Shown: positions 11,288 to 21,619 of the stretch, piece after piece
Layout of the letters: each line of letters opens with the position of its first letter
Position numbering within the stretch: the stretch's first letter is position 1
Assembly (NCBI RefSeq): GCF_006345805.1
Contig: NW_021836554.1
Location: forward strand, 1 to 30,246
Length of the DNA stretch: 30,246 bases
Direction of reading: 5' to 3'
Source of the DNA: Octopus sinensis
Lineage: Eukaryota
The notes under the pieces: model-generated
The model's input: the letters and a program-made list of their open reading frames with translations, nothing else
The model's database searches: none
Told to the model about the DNA's origin: nothing
Position numbers and translations under genes: made by a program

Positions 11288-12270
11288 TATTTGTATATGC
11301 AGACTAGGTATATGTCGGTATGCGTCCGTACTTGCGCATGTAAGGTATAGTTCTGTTTTAGCGTAAAGTTTTTATACGAATCCAATACGATTTGAAAATC
11401 GGTTACGGATCTCATAATGTTTCAATCGCCAACGAAATTGCTGAATTTTCATTATTAATAACTCTACAATATAATTTCAATACAGTCTATCATACCTTCA
11501 TACGGTGTGAAACGGCGGTCCCTGTTGACTGGCCCCATTAACTGCCAAGTTTTTTATTCATACTTTTTGTCTTTGCGAGATGACGCAGGAATTAAAATTA
11601 TATATATTTAAATTTTCTTCATATGTGAATTATTTTGGAAATTATGATAAATTTTTCGATAAGTCGCAAAGGAGTATCGCTGACAAAAAAAAACAAAAAC
11701 ATATTTATGCTTTTTCTGTTCAATTGCAATAAGAAACATTTTAGTTTTTTTGAAACTATAGTATCAAATTTGAATGTGTATGAAATATCAATAAATGGTA
11801 TAGATGGAAAATGCAAAAAAAAAAAAAAAAAATACAAACCTTTTCAAAACAGTCAATATTTTTGTAGTTCAAAAATTACGATTTATGACATAAAATGTTC
11901 TCTAGAATGATCCAGAGCTAATAACGACAAGCTTTAACTACTAAATATGGTTAAACACACCTCTGCGAATGCAACATAGATAAGTAATTCACTTTAAATA
12001 CAACGAACAACCGGCAGTGAGATTGTTTTTAGCAGGTCTCCAAATGGGGCTCATGGTAGGCAATGGGTTAAAATAAAAGGTTAACAAATTAGTAATCCCA
12101 GTTTTGGTTATCCAATGTAACTGTTGTGGATACAAACAGATTGGTTGTTTGTTTCTCTGGGATTGGTAAAAACGATTCGGATATCGATTTAGGTTGAACA
12201 TAATTTTTTTCTATTTACGAAGAAACTGTTAAGTTAGCCCTCTTTAAAGGCATGCCCTTCGGACATGAAT

Positions 12271-12577
12271 GGCCATGTTATTGCACCTACAAATTCCCCC
12301 TCCGAGGCACAAGTTCGGGAAAGGTTGATAACGGAAGACCAGCAGTCGCCCATGCACTCCATTCTCCCTTATTCACAGCACTGATGTTATGCAAGGGAAA
12401 GGCAAAGGGGCCGATACAGCTTGGCCCCAGTGACATCGTAACGCATTCCTACAGATGGGTGAACTGAAGCAACGTGAAATGAAGTGTCTTGCTCAAGAGC
12501 ACAACATATAGCATGGTCCGGGAATCGAACTCACAACCTCAAGATTGTGAGCCGGACACACTAACCACTGAGCCATG
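12271..12577 (-). mobile_element. tRNA-headed SINE, family D
   Basis: Minus strand GCATGGCTCAGTGGTTAG (A-box) and GAGTTCGATTCCC (B-box); CORE-like GCTCTTGAGCAAGACACTTCATTTCACGTTGCT shared with family A, followed by a different body. Left boundary approximate. Confidence 0.8.
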
Positions 12578-12663
12578 CTCTACTTTTTATTAACCTACTA
12601 TATAGGCTACATATGTATAGTTACTCTCTCTCCCTCTTTCACTCCCCCTCTCTCTCCCTCCAC

Positions 12664-12707
<44 letters not shown>

Positions 12708-12738
12708 CTCTTGTAGAAAGGAATATTAAACTGTTGTT

Positions 12739-12971
12739 AAGGCGTCGAGCTGGCGGAACCGTTAACGCGCTGGGCAAAAAGCTTAGCGGCATCTCGTCTT
12801 TCTTTTCTTTCTGAGTTCAAATTCCGCCGAGGTTAACTTTGCTTCTCATCTTTTCAGAGTCAATAGAATAAGTACCAGTAAAACACTGGGGTCGATGTAA
12901 TCAACTAAAATTCGCTCCCACATCAAAATATTTCAAGCTTCGTGCCTAAAGTAGAATAGATTATTATTATT
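12739..12971 (+). mobile_element. SINE family B, short variant with (TTA)n tail
   Basis: AAGGCGTCGAGCTGGCGGAACC head; GAGTTCAAATTCC B-box; AGTACCAGT..CTGGGGTCGAT body; GTAGAATAGATTATTATT tail. Confidence 0.85.
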
Positions 12972-13148
12972 CTAAAAACATCATCAACATCACCGTCGTC
13001 ATAATCATACTCCTCCTCCTCATCATCATCATCAACAACAACAAAAGTCTGCGCCTCTTCATCATCACTATCGCAGTCATCATCACCATCATCATTATCA
13101 TCATCTCCTCATGATATTCCTTGCCGTTCGTTGTTGCTGGTTTTGTTG

Positions 13149-13194
<46 letters not shown>

Positions 13195-13227
13195 CATTAT
13201 TATTATTATCATCATCATCATCATTAT

Positions 13228-13260
<33 letters not shown>

Positions 13261-13282
13261 TATCATAATCATCATTAGTATT

Positions 13283-13466
13283 AAGGTGGCGAGCTGGCAG
13301 AATCGTCAGCGCGCTGGACAATGTTTAGCGGTATTTCAACCGTTGGTACGTTCTGCGTTCAAATTCCGCCAAGGTCGAATTTACCTTTCATCCTTTCGGG
13401 GTCGATAAACCAAGTGCGACTTAATCGCTTCCCCAAATTTGAGGTACTGTGCTTCCAGTAGAAAGA
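13283..13466 (+). mobile_element. SINE family B, short variant (internal deletion); (TTA)n tail to 13568
   Basis: AAGGTGGCGAGCTGGCAGAATCG head; GCGTTCAAATTCC; CTTTCATCCTTTCGGGGTCGATAAA. Confidence 0.85.
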
Positions 13467-13470
13467 ATTA

Positions 13471-13501
<31 letters not shown>

Positions 13502-13568
13502 TATAATTATAATTATTATTATTATTATCATTATTATTATTATTATCATTATTATTATTATTATTATT

Positions 13569-14158
13569 GAGTGAGAGAGCAGTTCATGCCATCAAAGTGA
13601 CACTGGGGTAAAATATCCGAAGCCCAGTATACCCATCATGACTACCCGTCTGATAAGGGTATACCAGGCACATGCATCACAACTATATGTGCGCGACATG
13701 GTGATCTCATATCAAGGTAAACAGCGCATGACCTTGCAGGTGGGGCCCAGTTAGAATTTTCTTCAGGTCGAGTAGCCCATCCCGCTCAAAAGGTCCCTGA
13801 ATAAGGGTTGTTAGCCCATCCCGCTCAAAAGGTCCCTGAATAAGGGTTGTTTAAGGATGTTGAAAGAACCACCCATGTTTCCAGAGGTGAATTATTCAAA
13901 CCCCAAAGAATCCCTCTCAACACATGGCTATGATGCTCCCCCACTACTTCTGCTCGTGATCAGAGATGCACATATCGTCAGCCACTAAGGGACATGCTCA
14001 ACTGGTTAAGGTCAAACACTGACAAGCAAATGTGGTATTGAGCAGAATATTTGCTGTAGCCCATCTTTTATACCAAGACAAAACAATGTACGTGATGACA
14101 CTTCCAATCAGTTAAGATCAGAAGCTATGAGAGCCACTGCCTGGTACTGCATCAGGGC
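13569..14158 (-). mobile_element. ~590-bp non-coding retroposon flanked by (TAA)n on both sides; no tRNA head
   Basis: Minus strand runs (TAA)n|GCCCTGATGCAGTACC...CTCTCTCACTC|AATAATAAT; a second, 5'-truncated copy at 25577-25800 has the same 3' end. Confidence 0.8.
13773..13850. repeat. Exact 39-bp tandem duplication
   Basis: TAGCCCATCCCGCTCAAAAGGTCCCTGAATAAGGGTTGT occurs at 13773 and 13812. Confidence 0.95.
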
Positions 14159-14220
<62 letters not shown>

Positions 14221-14301
14221 TATTATTATTATATCATCATCATTATTATTATTGCTATTATTATCATCATTATCATTTTCATTATCATTATATTATCATT
14301 A

Positions 14302-14339
<38 letters not shown>

Positions 14340-14485
14340 TATTATTATTATTATTATTATATTATTATTATATTATTATCAATTATTATTATTATCATCA
14401 TATTATTATTATGCTATTATCATCATTATCATCATTATTATTATTATTATGATTATTATTATGATTATTATTATTATTATTATTA

Positions 14486-14544
<59 letters not shown>
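14159..14544. repeat. (TTA)n/(TCA)n microsatellite
   Basis: Directly visible. Confidence 0.95.
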
Positions 14545-15687
14545 TCTGTAAGATATAAAATCGTGGTTAAGTAAATAGTTACTACTACATGTCTCTACAT
14601 CCTGCATCTCTATTTATCCTTCACGAACAGATGGGTTTTAAGAGAATAACAAAATCAATACAAAGAAAATTAAAAGCGTTATCTTTCTTCTTTTTTTTTT
14701 TTTAAAGAAACTCGCTTTTATTGCTCATGAATTCTAGGAAAATCAACTTGTAAATTCGATCAAAATACGTCGTTTTTAAAGGTAAATTTCCCTCGATAAT
14801 GTTCAAACCCACATTTATGAGACGAAAAGATGAGGATATATATATTTTTTTAAAATCTTTTAGATAAAATTGTTACATTTCTGGCAGATATAAAAAGAAG
14901 TATATTTCCTCAATCCATCCTCTAAAACATTAATAGAAAACAAAAAATAATAAATAAAACGAAGTTCTTTTTTTTCTAAATCCCCATAGCTTCTCCAGCA
15001 TTTTTCTGCAATCCCCAATTCTTTATGATCATTCCTCCTAAATCACCATTCTTTTATGGATATTTCTTTAACATCCAGATACTTTTACGATCATTTCTCT
15101 AAAATCCCTTTTTTACTCCTTATTTTTTTTTTATAAACTTACCACTAAAATTATAATTCTTTTATAGGCGAATCAATAAAGTTACCATTCTTTTATGATT
15201 CTTTGTTGAAACTTAGTATTCTTTAATGAAAACTTTTGAATCAGTGTTTTATTTTTTAATGGAAATAATGTTGCTTCCACATAACAATTAACTGAACGAA
15301 ATACAATGGAAAGGAGTGCTGTATTATTGCAATAGTTTAATGATTGGACAAGAAACAAGAACGGTCACGATTGCAAGGTGAATATTATTGCACAGCTTTC
15401 TTTCGTAATCTTCCACTAAAATTTTCGTTCTGTTTAGGCATTCCAAGATGAGGCTTCTACGTTAGCTGCCGTGTAAATACCGCTCAGTATGTCTTCCATG
15501 TTATCTTCACGATCTGTTAAAACTAGCAGTCAAAAATCAATGTCTCATGACGACTTGACATAGTGAAAAAGCGGGGCAACGGTCTGTGGGATAACAGAAT
15601 GAAATATACGCAACAGATGAGGAAAATTAGTGTGGACGAGAGGATGTCACGAATCATACACCTGGACCGATTGTATATATATATACC

Positions 15688-15908
15688 TATTTCTTTAGGG
15701 GCTAAACACAGAGAGGACAAGCAAGGACAGACAAACAGATTAAGTCGATTATATCGACCCCAGTACGTTACTGGTACACATTTAATCGACCCCGAAAGGA
15801 TGAAAGGCAAAGTCGACTTCGGCGGAATTTGAACTCAGAACGTAGCGGCAGACGAAATACCGCTAAGCATTTCGCCTGGCGTGCTAACGATTCTGCCAAC
15901 TCACCGCC
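15688..15908 (-). mobile_element. SINE family B, long variant, full length with TSD
   Basis: Minus strand AAGGCGGTGAGTTGGCAGAATCG...GTGTTTAGCCCCTAAAGAAATA; flanks TTG(TA)6CC at 15671-15687 and TTG(TA)5CC at 15909-15923. Confidence 0.9.
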
Positions 15909-15933
15909 TTGTATATATATACCAATATAAAAG

Positions 15934-16190
15934 CTGGCACTCCGTCGGTTGCGACGACAAGGGCTCCACTTGATTCGATCAGCGGAACGGCTTGCTTATG
16001 AAATTAACTTGCAAGTGGCTGACACTCCACAGACACGTGTAACCGTAACGTAGTTCTCGGAGACTTAGCGTGACAGACAATGTGGCAAGGCTGGTTCTTT
16101 GAATTACAGTTGCAACTCACCTTTGGCAGCTGAATGAGAAACAGAGGAACGAGAAATAAAGCCTCTTGCTCAAGGACACAACACTCGGAA
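15934..16190 (-). mobile_element. SINE family A, lacking the tRNA head
   Basis: Body aligns with 758-1000 (CTGGCACTCCGTCGGTT...CAGACACGTGTAAC...CTTGCTCAAGGACACAAC). Confidence 0.8.
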
Positions 16191-16359
16191 TTTGTATTTT
16201 ATAAATTCTAAACATTATTTTCGATTGAAAATCTTCAGGTTCTTCATAAACAATTTGGTTCGAACCTAGGGGAGAATCTGCTATATTGGTCATTAATCTG
16301 TATCATATTATTTTATGTAGTTGGGAAGTTAAATTCTTAACACACAGCCAAACTTGCGC

Positions 16360-16395
<36 letters not shown>

Positions 16396-16397
16396 GT

Positions 16398-16428
<31 letters not shown>

Positions 16429-16807
16429 GTGTCTGTGTGTGTGCGTGTGTGTCTGTGTGTGTGTATGTGTGTGTGCGCGTGTGTGTGTGTATATATGAAT
16501 GTATGTATGTATATTTGTGTTGCAAGATTCTTGACGTAAGACCGTCTGTTGAAACAGATATTGTTGTATTTCGAGTCATTTCTATTTTTCAATCTTCACT
16601 CGTTATAAAGAAATCATAGCAGGAGCACACATGAGGACGGAAGGTGTCACTGAAGAGGTCACAGATGTGTGACGAAAGATTTCCAGACAAGAGACACGAG
16701 TTAAAATACGAACAGTAATAAACGAGTGAATAACGAATATATATTGCGTGTGTTTATTTTGAAAAAATGACCGTCCCGAAATACAACGATACACACACAC
16801 ATTAATG

Positions 16808-16840
<33 letters not shown>

Positions 16841-17245
16841 GGTAGAGGGTAGCGATTTTCTTCATTACTTTAGGGAGTGACGACCCTGCCTGACATGAGT
16901 CCCGGGCTCAGCTGGCTCCAGTTGACGGTACCCGGTATTGGCCCCTATCCAGGGTTACGGAAAGGAGACAACCTTGAAAGAAATCCGGAGTGGAGCCCCG
17001 TAGGCGGTTTAGTGTTCGACCCGACACTGATCCGGTAGCTCCTCCAACCAAGCTGGTGCGAAACGTAATGCTTTACACTCCTTTGGACTACGTCAGCAAG
17101 GTTAAGAGCGGAATCCTGACGATTGGGCGACCCAGGATTTTCTTTACATCTAGCCCAGGCCTGCACAAAACTGGAGTAAAAACCAGACTGGATTATTTTA
17201 TGCTCAACTCCATTGTCTCCCGAGACAAAAAGATGCCAACAACAA
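16841..17245 (+). mobile_element. Bipartite non-autonomous RTE-derived element (5' UTR fused to 3' terminus), in (TA)n
   Basis: GC-rich island containing GGAGTGACGACCCT, AAATCCGGAGTGGAGCCCC and CCAAGCTGGTGCGAAACGTA...CCTTTGGAC, which I recall from RTE/BovB-group 5' UTRs. It ends CTCCATTGTCTCCCGAGACAAAAAGATGCCAACAACAA, an RTE-type 3' end with a (CAA) tail. No endonuclease or RT coding lies between. The family match is from memory, not from a search. Confidence 0.6.
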
Positions 17246-17799
17246 TTTATATATATATACATCTAATATAGGATAAAAATTTATCAATGGCCAGCATATT
17301 AAAAAATACTTTTAAAGTTTAGATTTATAAATAACTTATAAACAATGGCAAAAGAAAGTGATGAATTATATGGTTATGGGCGATGTGTCTAGTTTCGGCA
17401 TATTAGGCATTAGAAATTTGTTTCTTTTGCCCTTGTTTATAAGTTGTATATATATATATATATTTATTTATGTATATACATAGTTCAAGAAATGCAGGAA
17501 ATTTGAATGTTTCATTGTTTATTGCATTCTTTAACTGGCACAGACAAACAATGGCAAGGAGCACATCGCGCTGGAACCGAAATCAAGACCTGTTCTTTCA
17601 GACAAGCCTCGCCATTCATATTCTTAGTCTCTTTAACCAAAGACCTCTTAAATCATTTTCCATTTTCTCCTTATCAATGATGGATTCTACTTAAATCACA
17701 TCTCGCCCATTACGAGATTAAGGAGAGAATAGCTCCCCGCTCCACCCTCCACATTCTTATTCTCTCGCTTTACACACGTACAACACACATACATAGATA

Positions 17800-17856
17800 G
17801 ACGAGCGCGCACACACACACATGTTGTTTGTATGCATGCATATATACGTATAGGTA

Positions 17857-17894
<38 letters not shown>

Positions 17895-17949
17895 TATATA
17901 TTCTATATATACTATATATATTTATAGATTATATATATATTTGTGTATG

Positions 17950-17993
<44 letters not shown>

Positions 17994-18012
17994 ATATATA
18001 TATTTATATATT

Positions 18013-18043
<31 letters not shown>

Positions 18044-18239
18044 ATATACACACACACATAGATATATATGTATATGTATATTTATATTTTATATATACGC
18101 ACACATGCATTTACATATACATATATGCCATATTATATATACCACACACATTTATATATATATATATATATATATATATGTAGGTATATATATGCATACG
18201 TATATATACACACTTATGTGTAAACACAAACACACACAT

Positions 18240-18272
<33 letters not shown>

Positions 18273-18430
18273 TATATGTGTGTGTATATACACTCACGTG
18301 TACACATACATACATATAAATATTATCTCTCTCCCTGTCTGTATGCATCAGCTTCTCTCCCGCTCTCTCTCCCTTTCTCTCGCTTTCTCCCTTTCCCTCT
18401 CTCTCCACCCTCTCTCTCTTTCTCTCTCTC
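17800..18430. repeat. (TA)n/(CA)n/(TACA)n/(TC)n compound array
   Basis: Directly visible. Confidence 0.9.
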
Positions 18431-18599
18431 GCTATGTTCCATCTGTTATGAAAGTCATTAGTAGTCGTTCTTTGATGTAATCCGGATAAAAGTGGAGGAG
18501 TGATAAACCGACTGGAAAGATCTTACAACGAACCGATCGATAATATAGAGCTTGAGTGATTGACTTTGCTTGGTTTCATCGGCACAGAACACCACACAG

Positions 18600-19500
18600 C
18601 CAGCGCCACCAGCGCCACCAACGTGCACCGTCGGTGACACTAATGATATTATTACTGCCCCCCTCCGCCACCTCCTCCACCGCCACCACCACTCCACCTT
18701 AGATTCCCAACACCAGTCGACCACAACTTAACACATCACGACCGAAAACGCCACCACTGCCACGACCACCAACACCAACGGCAACAACATTACCCCCCCC
18801 CCGCCAACTTCCATACCATTCCACACCACCGTTCCACCTTTAGCATCGCCAACACCACCACCAGCACCATCACCACTAACAAAATTACCCCCCCCAGCCT
18901 TGATACCATTCCACACCACCGTTCCAACTTCAGCATCGCCAACACCACCACCACCACCAACAGCACCACCACCACCATAACCACCACCACTAACAACAAC
19001 AACTACAACAACCATCACCACCACTTCCACTGCCACCATTACCCACTACTACCAGTGACACTACCACTACAATCACCGATATCATCACCTCCACTACCTC
19101 CAACACTACCATCACCACCACCACAGCACCACCACTACCACTACTACAAACCCCACCACCACTACCACCCACACCGACACCGACACTCCACCACCACCAC
19201 CACCACCACCACCAGTACAACAACCATTACCTCGACATCTGAAGCGTCACCATCAACGATACCACATCAATACAGCCACTAGAGCATTACACTACCACAC
19301 CACTACCACAATATATACCACAACATAAACCACCGCATCAACATTGTCACCTACCACCACTACCAACTCCCGCCTCAATACTGTTGCCACCACTACTACA
19401 GCATCACCATACTGCAATGCCTACCTCATCATCACCACGAGCAACAACACTATACTACAACACAAGCTTCAATAGCAACTACAACCAAAACTACATCAAA
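18600..19500. repeat. Degenerate (ACC)n-rich array with a 90-bp two-copy repeat
   Basis: ATACCATTCCACACCACCGTTCCA occurs at 18813 and 18903. Confidence 0.85.
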
Positions 19501-19841
19501 CAACAACTCGTGGCTAACACCAAAACACAAGGTACCACCACATCATAGGTACTAGACATGCTAGTATTTTCTGAATACCTGGGGCACGTTCTAGACAATA
19601 CAAACAAATATTCGACGTAGGGTACCCGGTAATGATACGGAATGGTCACGGTTGGAATACATTTAGTAACAGATGTACATCAGGTTTGTCCTATGTTTGA
19701 AACAATAACAAAACAACTATAACCTATGTAAGTAACACCATCTGCGAGTCTCTATGTGGCGTCTCAAACTGTTAGTTATGGCAGCTAAATCTCCCTTATT
19801 TCAGGGAAATTATTTTTCGAGAAACGCCATGCTGGTTTACC

Positions 19842-20063
19842 CTTTACTCTTTTAGTCTTTTATTTGTTTCAGTCATTGGACTGCGGCCATGCTGGAGCAA
19901 AAATTTTAGTCGAGCAAATCGACCTCAAGACCTATGCTTTGTAAGTCTAGTATTTATTCTATCGGATCCTTTTGCCGAACCGCTAAGTTACGGGGATGTA
20001 AACACGGCAGCATCGGTTGTCAAGCGATGTTGGGTGGGGGACAAACACAGACACACGAACACA

Positions 20064-20117
<54 letters not shown>

Positions 20118-20317
20118 ATATATATATATATATGTGTATACGTATATCGACAGGCTTCTGTCAGTTTCTGTCTACCAAATTCTACTTACAAGGCTTTGGT
20201 CGGCCAGAGGCTATAGAACAATACACTTGCGCAAGGTGCCCAAGGTACCACGCAGTGGGAGTGAACCCGGAAAGATGTGGTTGGTAAGCAAGCTCCTTAC
20301 CACACAACAACTCTGCG
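19842..20317 (-). mobile_element. tRNA-headed SINE family C, full length, with internal (TA)n(TG)n microsatellite
   Basis: Minus strand GTGTGGTAAGGAGCTTGC (A-box region), CCGGGTTCACTCCC (B-box), CCTTGCGCAAGTG; body ends CCAGCATGGCCGCAGTCCAATGACTGAAACAAATAAAAG. Confidence 0.85.
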
Positions 20318-20539
20318 TTTATGTATTTTGCTGCTGTGTTTGAGCAGAGGAAAATAAGGTGATGGTCACGGCTAGATGGTCCTTACTCATGGTCTTCTAG
20401 ACAGATGTGGGTTGGTCTGGGTTTAAGTAAAAATGTCAACACGAAATCTCACACGGACCAGCAAGATTGTCACTGAAGGACGTCGCCATTGCACACTGTT
20501 TGACCGACAACACCGCAAAGATCGGCACCGCCTCCCCAC

Positions 20540-21135
20540 ATCCGCCACCAGGTTGACCAAACACCATCATCACCACCACTACCACCACCACCAACAACAA
20601 CCACGCTACGTTAAGCACCGTCATCACCATCATCACCAGCACCACCACCATCACTAACATCACCATCACTATCACCACCATCACCACTACCACGACCATC
20701 AACACCACGACCATCACCACCACCACCTCCACTACCACCACCACCACTACTAATGGTACTACTACTTCAACTGCTATTACTACCACCACCACCACAACCA
20801 ACAACAACATCATCACCACCATCACCGCCACCATCACCAGTACCATCACCAACGATAAAACAGCACCATCACCACCGCCAACACCAGCTTGAACAAATAC
20901 CATCATCTCCTCCACCAATCCCGCTACCACCACCAGCATCGACACAAACATCAGTACCTCACACACATACACACACACACACACAAACATCTCAGATACT
21001 AGCCCCACCGCAACTGCCACGATTCTTGCCCTTTGACCCAAACCAAGATTACTGGCACCGATCCCACCACCATAAATGCCACTGCAGCTTGCGCCACCAC
21101 CATAAATCACCACGCAAGCAACAACACTAACAACA
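20540..21135. repeat. Degenerate (ACC)n/(ATC)n array
   Basis: Directly visible; generates the 247-aa Val/Met-rich minus-strand ORF. Confidence 0.85.
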
Positions 21136-21153
21136 AAAATAGACAATATTGAC

Positions 21154-21358
21154 TTCAACTTTTGGCACAAATCCAGCAATTTCGCTAAGACGATTACATT
21201 GACCCCTGTGTTCTAACTGGTATTTATTTGATAGACCCCACGAAAGGATGAAAGACAAAGTCAACCTCGGCGTAATTTGAACTCAGAATGCGAAGACGGA
21301 CAAAATGCCGTTGGGCCTTTTGTCCGGCATGTTAACGGTTCTGCCAGCTCTTCGCCTT
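21154..21358 (-). mobile_element. SINE family B, short variant (diverged)
   Basis: Reverse complement of head (GAGCTGGCAGAACCGTTAAC), B-box (CTGAGTTCAAATT) and tail (TGTGCCAAAAGTTGAA). Confidence 0.8.
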
Positions 21359-21380
21359 CGAATAAAAGCAGAAAATATTC

Positions 21381-21575
21381 TTCCTTCTCTAGGCACAAGG
21401 TCTGAAATTTCTGGGGAGAGGACACTTCGATTACATCGACCCCCAGTGTTTCACTGGTACTTGTTTTATTGACTCCGAAAGGATGAAAGACAATGTCGAT
21501 CTCGGCGGAATTTGAACTCAGAACGCGCTGAGCATTTTGCCCGGCATGCTAACGATTTCGCTAGCTTATCGCCTT
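21381..21575 (-). mobile_element. SINE family B, short variant with diverged TSD
   Basis: Same motifs; flanked by AATAAAAGCAG..ATATT at 21361 and 21579. Confidence 0.8.
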
Positions 21576-21619
21576 AATAATAAAAGCAGTGGATATTGCC
21601 ACCCCTGCTTTAAGGAAGA

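Noticed and set aside
13935-13965. U1 snRNA-like words (TGATCACGA, GTAGTGGGGGA) on the minus strand of the 590-bp element
   Set aside because: Only 9- and 11-nt matches with wrong spacing; no 5' ATACTTACCTG and no Sm site.
15434-15513. Possible minus-strand terminal exon (TTTTAACAG acceptor, DREDNMEDILSGIYTAANVEASSWNA*)
   Set aside because: No recognisable homology and no partner exons; such signals are common by chance.
18482-18498. CCGGATAAAAGTGGAGG, matching the 3' half of a twister ribozyme as I recall it
   Set aside because: The required upstream TAAC..GCC and GGTCCCAAGC elements are absent; likely chance.
20436-21179. 247-aa minus-strand ORF with two IYGGG motifs suggestive of a structural protein
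   Set aside because: It derives from an (ACC)n array, spans a (CA)n tract and starts inside a SINE tail.
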